Sequence record: DRR378314_1411
Length of the DNA: 57,248 bases
Strand: one strand, 5' to 3'
Shown here: piece by piece, positions 17,347 through 27,363 of the stretch
How positions within the stretch are numbered: the stretch's first letter is position 1
How the letters are laid out: every line of letters begins with the position of its first letter
Made by a program: the position numbers and the translations under genes
Notes under the pieces: generated by a model
Seen by the model: the letters and a program-made list of their open reading frames with translations, nothing else
Database searches by the model: none
What the model was told of the DNA's origin: nothing

Positions 17347-19623
17347 TTATTGATTTTGTTTGGTTCTGGCTTTTGCATCTTCCATAAGTTTGTTTAGAGC
17401 ACCATTGGCATTACAGTCACCAATCTCTGGTCTTGAAACTTCAATCAGTTCATTTTTATCGAAAATATTAAAACTACCCACTTCTTTCTCCTCTCCGTTG
17501 ATGATGATAAAATGAGCGAATTCCTTGGTGTCGTGGTTGTACGTAAATCCGGCTCCACCAATGCCATTGGTCAGTTCCTGAACACACGCCTCCACGTTAT
17601 CTTTTAATCCTTCCAACTCTTCCACTGTTGGCAACTGGTCAACAATGTCCTGTGCTTCTATCCGAATGCCATCCGCCTCTTCAATATATTTAACATTGTC
17701 CGCAGCTTCCAAGAGTTGTGCTTTTTGACTGCTTGTTAGTACGGTCTCATTAATGGTTACACTTCTTGATGCAGTCATGGTCCAGAGATTGCCACAGCCA
17801 AAAGTGGGATGCCCATGGATTATGGTTACCGAAAATGTCCTGTTGATTCTATCTAGACTGGCCAAATCGCGCAAGGCGGCTTCCAATTCGGTTCTGGTAG
17901 TTGCATTGTCGTTAGATTCATTGACTGCATTGCGTAACCTTGTCAACGCATTTCTGTGTCCCCGGACAATGGCATCGATCTGTCCGGAAAGATTATCGCT
18001 GCAAAGTATTCTGTTATTATCGCTCAAATAGGAATTGATTGTATTCCTTCCTTTGGTTATTCCTGCATCAACAGCATCATCAATGGCGGCATCTGCTTGA
18101 TCAATGATTCCCGGTAAGGCAGCTCTCAAACCTCTTAAACTGAGTTCCAAATCATATTGCGTCTCTGCATCTTCAAGTTCCTGTATTGCATTTTGTGTAG
18201 TTTCAATGGCTGCATCGATTTGGGAAGTAACCGTCTCAGAGATGCCATCGGAAAAATTATCGGGCTTTGTAGCAATGCATTTGGTTTCATTTGTTGTGTA
18301 TACCGCCGATGCCCCCCAAACATCATCTCCCGAATACACTTCCCCTTGCATGGTAAAAGCCTCTGGGGTTGCCCTTACAGAACCCTCCATACCTTGGTTG
18401 CCGGCGGGCATTTGGATTTCAAAGGATCCAGATAATCCAATATCGAAGTTGCCCGTTTGTTCCACAAAACCATAGGCATTCATGTCTCCATCGGGCATTA
18501 GCGGAATGAAATCTGGCCACCAGGATAAATCGGGGTCAACCAAACCATTAATAAAGGCTTTGGCTGTTACACCATCGTTGGTGGAAGCTTCAGCGACCAC
18601 TGCTGCACTGCCCGAACCAATTGGGAAACCAAACGATATGAAAGAGGTTATTTCCATGGACAAGTCAAGTTTGCCATTGATACCTGCCCTATAGTTTACC
18701 CCAAAATCCGACTCCATTGGTTCGTTAAAATCAAGATCAGCACTGAAACCCCTGTTTTGGAAATACATACCGGAAGCCTCCAATAATTTAAAGAATGAAA
18801 CTGTTCCACCGGTAACCTGATTGGCTTGGAACGAAACGACATTCCCTTGCACCGGGTTGGTAGGTTCGTACATAAAGTTGGAACTAAAGGATCCTCCAAA
18901 ACTTACACTGGACAATTTATTATGGCTTGAACTGTTGTCTCCGTTGGAATTGTCACTGTTGTTATCGTTGCCACCCAAGGCATCACCTCCTAATGAAAAG
19001 AAGAACATGGGGTCTGTATAATCTGCAATGAATGTAATATGTCCTCCCACAGGCGCCTCTATGGAGAGCGGTTTATGAGCGTCGGGATCGTTATTGACTC
19101 CAAGTTTTAATTCCAATCCAGCTGAAACTGCAAAAACAAAATAAGAGCGTTCATCCACCAGTTTAATTTCAAAATCACGATTCTCATTCAGAAATTTACC
19201 TGTAAAGAATCCAATATCTGCTTGAATAGGTGTTTCAAATTCAAAGTAGTTGGTAGGTGCAGGTATTTCTGAGGTGCCGCTGATACTTTTTAGCGTGCCA
19301 TCATCATTAAATTGAACATCGAGGTCTGCTTTGGCAAAAACGATGGTTTCTTCCTCGGTGTTCAGGGTAAGGGAACCGTCAACAAGATAACCGTTTGCCG
19401 TTTCCGTTACAGTTCCCTCAGGGTTCAGGTCATCATCTGTTATTGCATCACCGGTGTCTATACTGGTACATTGATCGGGGCATTGATTGGGGTTGCCACA
19501 AGGATTTTCTTCGCAAGGGTCGTTAGCGATAGGTTCTATTCCACTTTCTTTTCCGCAGGAAACAGTCAATGCCACTAAGAACAATAGGCAAATTCTGTTC
19601 AATGGTTTTAGTTTTGTTTTCAT
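17347..19623 (-). CDS. Large hypothetical lipoprotein (758 aa)
   Basis: Start moved to ATG 19623 (MKTKLKPLNRICLLFLVALTVSC lipobox); Cys/Pro-rich tether, long Gly/aromatic beta region, helical coiled-coil C-terminal third; no family recognised. Confidence 0.8.
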   Translation of the reverse strand: MKTKLKPLNRICLLFLVALTVSCGKESGIEPIANDPCEENPCGNPNQCPDQCTSIDTGDAITDDDLNPEGTVTETANGYLVDGSLTLNTEEETIVFAKADLDVQFNDDGTLKSISGTSEIPAPTNYFEFETPIQADIGFFTGKFLNENRDFEIKLVDERSYFVFAVSAGLELKLGVNNDPDAHKPLSIEAPVGGHITFIADYTDPMFFFSLGGDALGGNDNNSDNSNGDNSSSHNKLSSVSFGGSFSSNFMYEPTNPVQGNVVSFQANQVTGGTVSFFKLLEASGMYFQNRGFSADLDFNEPMESDFGVNYRAGINGKLDLSMEITSFISFGFPIGSGSAAVVAEASTNDGVTAKAFINGLVDPDLSWWPDFIPLMPDGDMNAYGFVEQTGNFDIGLSGSFEIQMPAGNQGMEGSVRATPEAFTMQGEVYSGDDVWGASAVYTTNETKCIATKPDNFSDGISETVTSQIDAAIETTQNAIQELEDAETQYDLELSLRGLRAALPGIIDQADAAIDDAVDAGITKGRNTINSYLSDNNRILCSDNLSGQIDAIVRGHRNALTRLRNAVNESNDNATTRTELEAALRDLASLDRINRTFSVTIIHGHPTFGCGNLWTMTASRSVTINETVLTSSQKAQLLEAADNVKYIEEADGIRIEAQDIVDQLPTVEELEGLKDNVEACVQELTNGIGGAGFTYNHDTKEFAHFIIINGEEKEVGSFNIFDKNELIEVSRPEIGDCNANGALNKLMEDAKARTKQNQ

Positions 19624-19735
19624 CTCTTTTTGTTTTGTGGTTGAATGTGATTGCTGTTTTGTGTGACTTACTCGGTAACGGTCTGCAGCCCTTAGCCGAG
19701 CAAGACCACAAAACGGTGTCAAAAGCTTGATGAAA

Positions 19736-19825
19736 CAAACATAAAGCGCTGATTTTGAGGGTGAAAATAATCAGGGGGGACAAAGGGTGGACATCCCAAA
19801 AATATGGGTGGGACAAGAAGTGGAC
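19736..19825 (-). promoter_or_regulatory. Promoter -7 box plus phased direct-repeat operator upstream of the lipoprotein gene
   Basis: TATGTTTG at 19743-19736 (-); GGGACAAnnnGTGGAC at 19777-19792 and 19810-19825. Confidence 0.55.
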
Positions 19826-19838
19826 GTGCAATAAGCCC

Positions 19839-21686
19839 TTATAGGCTCAAGACCAGGTCCTGGAGTGAATCTTCTGTTTGGATATTAAGTTTTTTGCGAA
19901 GACGGTAACGTGCTTTTTTAATTCCCTCGTGCGAAATATTCAGGATATTGGCAATCTCTTTTGAGGAAAGGTTCATTTTAAGTAATGCCAATAAACGTAG
20001 TTCATTCGGTGTAACTTCTGGAAAACGGGCTTTTACATTGCTATTGAAATCTTTATGGACCTCTTCGAAATACCTAGAAAAGTTTTTCCAGTTATTATCA
20101 TCCTGTAAATCAAAATCAATGGTCCGAATAAGGTTTTGGTATCCAGTTTTAACGGACTCTTCTTTTTTTAGTGCTTCGGCCTTTTGCTTTATACTTTCCA
20201 ATACCTCATTCTTTTTGGCCAAGTGCAAGGCGTGGGTTGTCAGTTCCTTCTTTTTAAAATCAAGTTCGGCATCTAGCTTTGCCTTTTCAGCTTTATTTCT
20301 TTTTAATTTTTGTCGGACTCCATAAAACCCAAATCCAAATACCAACACCGAAAGTCCCAAGCCCCCGCCCAAAAGGTATTTTTGAAGTTTGCTCACTTTT
20401 GCTTCTTGTTCCAAAAGGGCAATTTGCTGTTCTTTTTTCTCGGTTTCATATATAGTACGCAACTCTTCAATTTGTTGCGATTTTGTGGAGTTAAAAATAG
20501 AATCGTTTAAAATTATGAACTGCTTTTTATCTTCAAGTGCTTTTTGATATTGACCATCGAGTTCATAAGCTAAGGAACGTCCCTTGTATCCATCCTTTAG
20601 CTCGACTAAACTTTTTATGGAATCTGCCAGTTGAATGGCTTCGGTATGGTGTTTTATGGATTCCAAAGGTTCGTTTTTTTCCAATGATAAACTTCCCAGC
20701 TCATTCAAGGAACTTACACTGTTGTTAGCTGTTGTTTTACCAAGTTCGATACTTTTCTTTAGAAATTGCTCCGCTAGGTCAAGATTGCCTTTTTTACGAT
20801 TGGCCAACCCTAGATTATGGTAGCAGATGGCTTCAAATCCTTTTCTTCCAGAATTTATCGAGATTTCCAAACTTTTTTTGAAATGCTCAATTCCTTTATC
20901 AATATTGTCAAGGCCTAAATATGCATAGCCAATTTCGGTATGTGTGATGCACTCCCAAAGGTGATTTTCTTGATCTTCAAAAATTTCCAGCCCTTCCATT
21001 AGAGGCTCTAAGGCAGCTTCATCGTTCCCGCGCAAACTTTCAATTCTTCCCACCCCTACCAACATGTCTGCACGTTGTCTTGGATGTGGCTTTTTTAGAG
21101 AATCCAATCCGCTGAGGCCGGCTAACATATGTTTTATTCCCAATTCGTAAACCCCTTTATCCATATAGATGGTTGCAATCTCTCTATTGGTTTCAGCAAT
21201 ACGAATACAACTTTTCATATCTATCGCGGTTTGCATTACATCCCTGTATAAGGCAATGGATTCATCAAAGTTTCCTGACAGTTGCTCTACCTTCGCGAGA
21301 CCATTGAGGGTTTTAAACATCCCAGCCTTGTTTTTGATGGTTTCCCAGATAGGTTTGGCAAGTTGAAAGTAATGTCTAGCGGAATCAAAAGAGTAGGTGC
21401 GACGAAAGTAGTTGCCATAATTAAAGAGTGCGTCACCTTCCCCTTTTTTATAATCGAATGCCTTGGATAACCGAAGTTGCTCTTTAACGTAGGGCAATAC
21501 GTCCTCCGGTTTCTTTTTTTGAAATACTTCGTAATAGAGATGGTCAAGCGTTTCAATTTTATTGATACCCTCGCTTTGGTTTTGATAAACCGTAAGAAGA
21601 CTATCGAGTGTTGAATCCTTTTGTGCAAATAAAAGACTGGTCGAAAGCAAAAGAAGGCCACCCAAAACGTGGGATATGGTTTTCAT
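19839..21686 (-). CDS. Transmembrane TPR-repeat / LuxR-type HTH one-component regulator
   Basis: Signal peptide from ATG 21686; multiple TPRs; TM helix LLGGGLGLSVLVFGFGFYGV; coiled coil; TPNELRLLALLKMNLSSKEIANILNISHEGIKKARYRLRKKL HTH. Confidence 0.9.
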   Translation of the reverse strand: MKTISHVLGGLLLLSTSLLFAQKDSTLDSLLTVYQNQSEGINKIETLDHLYYEVFQKKKPEDVLPYVKEQLRLSKAFDYKKGEGDALFNYGNYFRRTYSFDSARHYFQLAKPIWETIKNKAGMFKTLNGLAKVEQLSGNFDESIALYRDVMQTAIDMKSCIRIAETNREIATIYMDKGVYELGIKHMLAGLSGLDSLKKPHPRQRADMLVGVGRIESLRGNDEAALEPLMEGLEIFEDQENHLWECITHTEIGYAYLGLDNIDKGIEHFKKSLEISINSGRKGFEAICYHNLGLANRKKGNLDLAEQFLKKSIELGKTTANNSVSSLNELGSLSLEKNEPLESIKHHTEAIQLADSIKSLVELKDGYKGRSLAYELDGQYQKALEDKKQFIILNDSIFNSTKSQQIEELRTIYETEKKEQQIALLEQEAKVSKLQKYLLGGGLGLSVLVFGFGFYGVRQKLKRNKAEKAKLDAELDFKKKELTTHALHLAKKNEVLESIKQKAEALKKEESVKTGYQNLIRTIDFDLQDDNNWKNFSRYFEEVHKDFNSNVKARFPEVTPNELRLLALLKMNLSSKEIANILNISHEGIKKARYRLRKKLNIQTEDSLQDLVLSL

Positions 21687-21777
21687 GGAGGCTGATTTGC
21701 TAACTAAAATAAACATTTTAGCCCAACTTTTTGAAAAAGAGAGGTTTGAGCTATTGAAGAATGCTTTGATGAATTTT

Positions 21778-22437
21778 TTAGAACAAATCCTTGAAATGTG
21801 ATTTTACTTCGAACAGTGTAGCCTCCTTCATGGTATTGAACCTAATATCCGCATGGCCCACACGCTCTTCAGGACCTATGCCAACGCTATGGAACTTTCC
21901 CGCTTTGGCCGCATCGATTCCTTTCTCCGCATCTTCGAAAACAATACAGTTTTCGGGCTGCAGGCCTAATTTTTCCGAAGCGTACAAGAAAATATCCGGG
22001 GCCGGTTTGCTTTTGGAAACGCTGTTGCCATCACCAATTACATCAAAAAAATGGGAGGCTTTAAGCTGTTTTAACACCTTTTGAGCGTTTTTGCTCGCAC
22101 TGCCCAAGGCCACACTGAACCCTTCCGACCTTAAATGGGTCAAAAGCTCTCGGGCACCGGGCAAATAATCTTCTGGTGTCATATCGTCCAGACTTTCCAC
22201 ATAGATGTCGTTCTTTTTAGTGGCCAGTTCAACCACCGTATCATCATCCAAGGATACCCCATTGTGGTCCATAATCACTTTAATGGAATCCATTCTTGAA
22301 ATCCCTCTCAATTTTTCATTCAGGTCACGGTCAAATTGCCAACCCATATCGTCGGCCAATTTTTTCCAAGCAGCGTAGTGAAGCTCAGCGGTATCGGTAA
22401 TCACGCCATCCAAATCAAAAATGAATCCCTTAATCAT
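21778..22437 (-). CDS. pgmB: Beta-phosphoglucomutase (HAD superfamily)
   Basis: FDLDGVITDTAELHY, LRGISRMDS, SASKNA, KPAPDIF and FEDA. Confidence 0.93.
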   Translation of the reverse strand: MIKGFIFDLDGVITDTAELHYAAWKKLADDMGWQFDRDLNEKLRGISRMDSIKVIMDHNGVSLDDDTVVELATKKNDIYVESLDDMTPEDYLPGARELLTHLRSEGFSVALGSASKNAQKVLKQLKASHFFDVIGDGNSVSKSKPAPDIFLYASEKLGLQPENCIVFEDAEKGIDAAKAGKFHSVGIGPEERVGHADIRFNTMKEATLFEVKSHFKDLF

Positions 22438-22644
22438 GGTCAATGCTTTTTAAAGAACAAAGAAATAATGAAAACCATTAAGAAAAAAACTAGATAAGGT
22501 TATGTTTTTTTCGAATGAAAATGTATGATAAACCCAAACCGATTGAATTGTTAATAACCCTTGGGAATAACTTCATGGAAAAACTTGTCATAAATATCCT
22601 TTAAAAGATACTTTTGCAACTAAAGCAAATTGCTATTTTTGCCC

Positions 22645-24177
22645 ATGCATAACAACGTACTCATCCTAGACTTTGGTTCCCAGTACACACAACTGATCGC
22701 AAGACGCGTTAGGGAACTTAACATTTATTCAGAAATTAAACCTTATAACAAACTGCCCGAAGATTTGTCGGAGTATAAGGCTGTTATACTTTCCGGTTCT
22801 CCATCTTCAGTGCGTTCGGAACAGGCTCCCCATCCTGATTTATCGGGAATAAAAGGCAAAAAACCTTTACTGGGAATCTGCTATGGTGCACAATATTTGT
22901 CCCATTTTAATGGGGGGAACGTGGCACCATCGGCCACCCGTGAATATGGTAGGGCCAATTTATCCTATGTAAATACAGAGGATGATTTTTTGCAAGATAT
23001 TGGAGAGGGTAGCCAGGTATGGATGAGCCATAGCGATACCATTAAGGAACTTCCGGAAGGAGCCATACGTTTGGCAAGTACCCACGATGTGGAGAACGCT
23101 GCCTATAAAATTGATGGTGAAGCGACCTACGGAATTCAATTCCACCCTGAAGTATACCACACCACTGACGGTAAAAAGCTTTTGGAAAACTTTTTGGTGA
23201 ACATTGCCGGACTGGAACAGGATTGGACGCCAGATGCCTTTGTGGAAACAACGGTGGAAGAACTGAAGGAGGAAATCGGTGATGAAAAAGTAATTTTGGG
23301 ACTGTCCGGTGGAGTGGATTCCAGCGTGGCGGCCATGTTGTTGCATAAAGCTATTGGAGACCATTTGTACTGTATTTTCGTAAACAACGGGTTGCTTCGT
23401 AAAAATGAGTTCGAAAGTGTCTTGGACCAATATAAAGATATGGGGCTTAACGTAAAGGGCGTGGATGCTTCGGCACGCTTTTTGGACGCTTTGAAGGGAG
23501 AATCCGACCCTGAAGGAAAAAGAAAAATCATTGGCAGGGTCTTTATTGAGGTTTTTGATGACGAATCGCACAAGGTGGAAAATGCAAAATGGTTGGCACA
23601 GGGAACCATTTATCCAGATAGGATTGAATCGGTTTCAGCGAGCGGAGGACCATCAGCAGTAATAAAAAGTCATCACAATGTAGGAGGATTGCCCGATTAT
23701 ATGAAATTGAAAGTAGTGGAGCCCTTGAAAATGTTGTTCAAAGATGAGGTGCGAAGAGTAGGGGCAAGTATGGATATGCCAGCGGAAATTTTAGGAAGGC
23801 ACCCATTTCCAGGTCCTGGTTTGGGAATCCGTATCTTGGGGGACATTACCCCGGAAAAGGTGGCCATTTTGCAAGAAGTGGATACCATTTTTATCGATGG
23901 ATTGAAAAAATGGGGACTTTATGACAAGGTTTGGCAGGCCGGAGCCATGCTTTTGCCCGTAGATAGTGTAGGAGTTATGGGAGATGAACGTACCTACGAA
24001 AAATGTGTGGCGCTAAGAGCCGTTGAAAGTACCGACGGTATGACGGCCGATTGGGTGAATTTGCCCTACGAATTCCTGCAAAAGACCTCTAATGATATAA
24101 TAAACAAGGTTAAAGGCGTTAATAGAGTGGTGTATGACATTAGCTCAAAACCACCGGCAACTATAGAATGGGAATGA
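22645..24177 (+). CDS. guaA: GMP synthase (glutamine-hydrolysing)
   Basis: [47 protein letters not shown] and [12 protein letters not shown] 22645 preferred over TTG 22630. Confidence 0.98.
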   Translation: MHNNVLILDFGSQYTQLIARRVRELNIYSEIKPYNKLPEDLSEYKAVILSGSPSSVRSEQAPHPDLSGIKGKKPLLGICYGAQYLSHFNGGNVAPSATREYGRANLSYVNTEDDFLQDIGEGSQVWMSHSDTIKELPEGAIRLASTHDVENAAYKIDGEATYGIQFHPEVYHTTDGKKLLENFLVNIAGLEQDWTPDAFVETTVEELKEEIGDEKVILGLSGGVDSSVAAMLLHKAIGDHLYCIFVNNGLLRKNEFESVLDQYKDMGLNVKGVDASARFLDALKGESDPEGKRKIIGRVFIEVFDDESHKVENAKWLAQGTIYPDRIESVSASGGPSAVIKSHHNVGGLPDYMKLKVVEPLKMLFKDEVRRVGASMDMPAEILGRHPFPGPGLGIRILGDITPEKVAILQEVDTIFIDGLKKWGLYDKVWQAGAMLLPVDSVGVMGDERTYEKCVALRAVESTDGMTADWVNLPYEFLQKTSNDIINKVKGVNRVVYDISSKPPATIEWE

Positions 24178-26351
24178 AAAAACATATGTTACAACTGGTT
24201 TTTACCGTGGTCCTTTTGTTGGCCATGGTTCCGGTTTCTGCACAAAACTACGCAACGCATGCTGTAAAAGAAGGGGAAACGCTTAAAAGCATTTCTCAAC
24301 AATACCGGGTGACCCCTTATAGTATCTTGCAGGCCAATAAGGAAGTCAAAAGTGCTTCCGATGTAAAGGAAAACACCATTCTTATCATTCCTTTGAATGG
24401 ACAAACTGCAGAAAAGAAAACGGAGACCAAGGAGGAAGAGCAAGAAGAAGAGGTGAAGCCAATTCGTTTTGTTCGGCACAGGGTACGAAGAAAGGAAACC
24501 CTCTTTGGATTAACCCAGAAGTACAATATTACCGAAGATCAGCTCAAACGGTACAATACCAATTTGTATTCCGAAACCCTTGATCGGAGAATGATACTCC
24601 AGATTCCTGTATTTCCAGAGGTTGATCCCGATGAGGAAAAAGAACTGGACTTTGAGATCTATTCCGTTCAACCCAAAGAAACCCGTTGGAGCATTGCACA
24701 CAAATATGGTATAAGTGTGGACAGTCTTTTGGTATTGAATCCCGAGTTGGACAAAAACACCAATTATTTGGCCGCTGGGGAAGAATTGAAACTGCCGAGA
24801 CCAAAAGGAGATAGTCTCAAAGAACAAAAAACGGAAATTTTCACTTCGTATACGGTACCACCAAAAATGACCCTTTACAGTTTGGGAAGAACGTATGGTA
24901 TTCCAACGGATTCCATTGTTAGGTTGAACCCCGAGATTGTTAAAGAGGGTGGCCTAAAAGAAGGCATGGTGGTTCGATTGCCAAAAAAGAAGGACGATAA
25001 AGGCGAGGTAAACACCGAAAACTTCATTTTTTATGAAGTAAAGCCCAAGCAAAACATTTTTAGAATCACCCAAAACCTGAAAATCACACGAGATGAGTTG
25101 TTCCGTTTGAACCCCGCCTTGGAAAATGGCCTAAAAGCGGGAATGGTTTTAAAATTGCCCAAAGAAAAGGCTGAAGAATTAGAAGTGAAGAATGCCTTGG
25201 TACTGGATAAAATCAATTTGATAGATAGCATCAACGTAGAGAACAGGCCAAAGTTGGTCTTTATGCTTCCGTTTAGATTGGACAAGGTCAATGTGAACGA
25301 TACCGAGAAGGCCGAAGAGCTTATCAAAAACCGCAGGGACCTTGCCTTGAGCCTTGGATTTTACACAGGGGCCATGGTAGCTTTGGATTCCATTAAAAAA
25401 CTAGGGGTTTCAGTAGATGTAAAAACCTACGATACCCAATTGGACCAGGCTAAGGTAAAGGAAATTTTGTTTAGGGAGACCTTGACAGGCGTAGATGCCA
25501 TTATTGGCCCATTGGCTGCAGGACCGTTGGATGAAGTGGCCGTTAAAGCTGCTGGCAAAAATATTCCCGTAATCGCTCCGATTTCTTCCGACAGCAAATT
25601 GAGCCATAGCAACGTGTTCTTTTCTGTGCCAAGAGATGTGGTGCTTCGTGAAAAAATGATATCCTATATGGAAAAAATCTACAAGGATGAGAACATCATC
25701 ATTATCGCGGACTCCACCCATCAAGTAGCACACGATTCCATATTGAGTAAATTTCCTTCGGCGCAAATAGCCAAGGTGATTGATAACAGGTCGCTGCACT
25801 TGGATGAATTTTTGGTTCAGCTTTCCGAGGATAGGGAAAACTGGGTGTTTTTGGAAACAGATCAGCCCAATATGGTGGCCAGTGTTACCTCCATTTTAAA
25901 TTCTGCAAATGCCAGAGTTGTTGGCGAGGAGGAAGCAAAAGAAATCAAGGTTCGTATGTTTACTACCAGTTACAATGGAGCTTTTGAAGATGATGCGGTT
26001 TCCAAAACCCATCTTTCCAATCTAAAATTCACATATCCCTCGCTCTACAAAGAATCAGGTAACGATGCATTTACAAAGGCATATACCCAAAAATATAACG
26101 GGGTACTGCCCGATAGATATGCCGTTCGAGGATTTGATGTTACCATGGATGTGCTGCTCAAGCTCGCCTACAAGAAGAACCTGTTTGAAACCTCAAAATA
26201 TATTGGACTAACGGAGTATGCCGGAAATGGATTTGACTATTTCAATGATTGGGCTTCCGGTTATTTTAATCGTGCCTGTTATATTATGGAGTATGAAGAT
26301 TTGAGGATAAAAGAAGTCGATATAAAAGATGACAGCAAAAGTAACCTATAA
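24174..26351 (+). CDS. LysM-repeat protein with C-terminal periplasmic-binding-protein-like domain
   Basis: Signal peptide; five LysM-like repeats ([45 protein letters not shown]); FYTGA and DAIIGP in the C-terminal domain; ATGA overlap with the guaA stop. Confidence 0.88.
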   Translation: MKKHMLQLVFTVVLLLAMVPVSAQNYATHAVKEGETLKSISQQYRVTPYSILQANKEVKSASDVKENTILIIPLNGQTAEKKTETKEEEQEEEVKPIRFVRHRVRRKETLFGLTQKYNITEDQLKRYNTNLYSETLDRRMILQIPVFPEVDPDEEKELDFEIYSVQPKETRWSIAHKYGISVDSLLVLNPELDKNTNYLAAGEELKLPRPKGDSLKEQKTEIFTSYTVPPKMTLYSLGRTYGIPTDSIVRLNPEIVKEGGLKEGMVVRLPKKKDDKGEVNTENFIFYEVKPKQNIFRITQNLKITRDELFRLNPALENGLKAGMVLKLPKEKAEELEVKNALVLDKINLIDSINVENRPKLVFMLPFRLDKVNVNDTEKAEELIKNRRDLALSLGFYTGAMVALDSIKKLGVSVDVKTYDTQLDQAKVKEILFRETLTGVDAIIGPLAAGPLDEVAVKAAGKNIPVIAPISSDSKLSHSNVFFSVPRDVVLREKMISYMEKIYKDENIIIIADSTHQVAHDSILSKFPSAQIAKVIDNRSLHLDEFLVQLSEDRENWVFLETDQPNMVASVTSILNSANARVVGEEEAKEIKVRMFTTSYNGAFEDDAVSKTHLSNLKFTYPSLYKESGNDAFTKAYTQKYNGVLPDRYAVRGFDVTMDVLLKLAYKKNLFETSKYIGLTEYAGNGFDYFNDWASGYFNRACYIMEYEDLRIKEVDIKDDSKSNL

Positions 26352-26733
26352 CGGAAACCTTAGAACAACCTGTGTTCACCTGCGCTCTGGAAGCGAATAC
26401 CTGACAGATGCACCTGTGGACAACAACGGCAAAGGAGAGGCATTTTCGCCCACAGATACCGTAGCCACCGGATTGGCCAATTGTATGATGACCATGATGG
26501 GCATAAAGGCCCGTGATATGGATGTGGATTTAACGGGTTCCACAGCTGAGGTCACCAAACATATGGCGGCCAACCCCAGAAGGATTTCCAAGATCGAAGT
26601 GAAATTTGAGCTGCCCTCATCGGTTTCCGAAAAACACAGAAAAATTTTGATGCATACCGCCAATACCTGCCCGGTACATTACAGTTTGCATCCCGACATG
26701 GAAAAAGTAATCGATTTTAATTGGGTAAAATAA
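26329..26733 (+). CDS. OsmC family protein
   Basis: TDAPVDNNGKGEAFSPTD..LANC and TCPVHYSL two-Cys pattern. Confidence 0.92.
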   Translation: MTAKVTYNGNLRTTCVHLRSGSEYLTDAPVDNNGKGEAFSPTDTVATGLANCMMTMMGIKARDMDVDLTGSTAEVTKHMAANPRRISKIEVKFELPSSVSEKHRKILMHTANTCPVHYSLHPDMEKVIDFNWVK

Positions 26734-27260
26734 CTGCCATAGGATGCCTTCTTTTACTTGGTTTTTTTGGACTGGCGCAAGAAATCGAGGAGGGAGTTCC
26801 GTGGAATGAAAACATACGCTTAACTTGGGCCGATTTTAAGGGGAAAGTACCACCTGCCGAAGAATCCGCGGCATCCACGGCCAGCGGCATCAGTTATTCG
26901 TACTCGGCCAATCTGTTGCATCACGAGGTTAAACTGGATTTTGAGGTGAACGCTTATTTTTATCCAAACGAATCTTGGTACCGCCCTAAATTGTGCAACG
27001 AAAATACCTTGGCCCACGAACAGCTTCATTTTGACATTACAGAGGTTTTTGCGCGTAAGATGCGCGATAAACTTCGAAGGACTTCCTTTTCCGATGATGT
27101 AAAAGCAGAGGTGCGTAAGATTTACGCGGATATCCTCAAAGAACTACAAACATATCAAGAACGCTATGATTGGGAAACCAACTTTTCCCGAAACAGGGAA
27201 AAGCAGTTGGAATGGAACCAAAAGATAGCTGAAGCCTTGAAAAACGAAGCAAAAGGTTAA
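26721..27260 (+). CDS. DUF922 family putative zinc-dependent protease
   Basis: Signal peptide; LTWADFKG, LAHEQLHFDITE (HExxH) and YDWET. Confidence 0.8.
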   Translation: MGKITAIGCLLLLGFFGLAQEIEEGVPWNENIRLTWADFKGKVPPAEESAASTASGISYSYSANLLHHEVKLDFEVNAYFYPNESWYRPKLCNENTLAHEQLHFDITEVFARKMRDKLRRTSFSDDVKAEVRKIYADILKELQTYQERYDWETNFSRNREKQLEWNQKIAEALKNEAKG

Positions 27261-27303
27261 TTGTATTTCTCCTTAATTGGTTGACATTTTTTAGCTGTAG
27301 AAT

Positions 27304-27329
27304 AAAAAAATGAGGGGACTAGCCCCTCA
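27304..27329 (-). terminator. Intrinsic terminator
   Basis: On the - strand TGAGGGG-CTAGT-CCCCTCA followed by T7. Confidence 0.75.
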
Positions 27330-27363
27330 AATTCTATATCCATACACTAAAAGTGTTTCTTTT

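Noticed and set aside
19624-19722. 33-aa N-terminal extension of the orphan lipoprotein in the ORF track
   Set aside because: The signal peptide begins at ATG 19623 and the region is better explained as a structured 5' UTR
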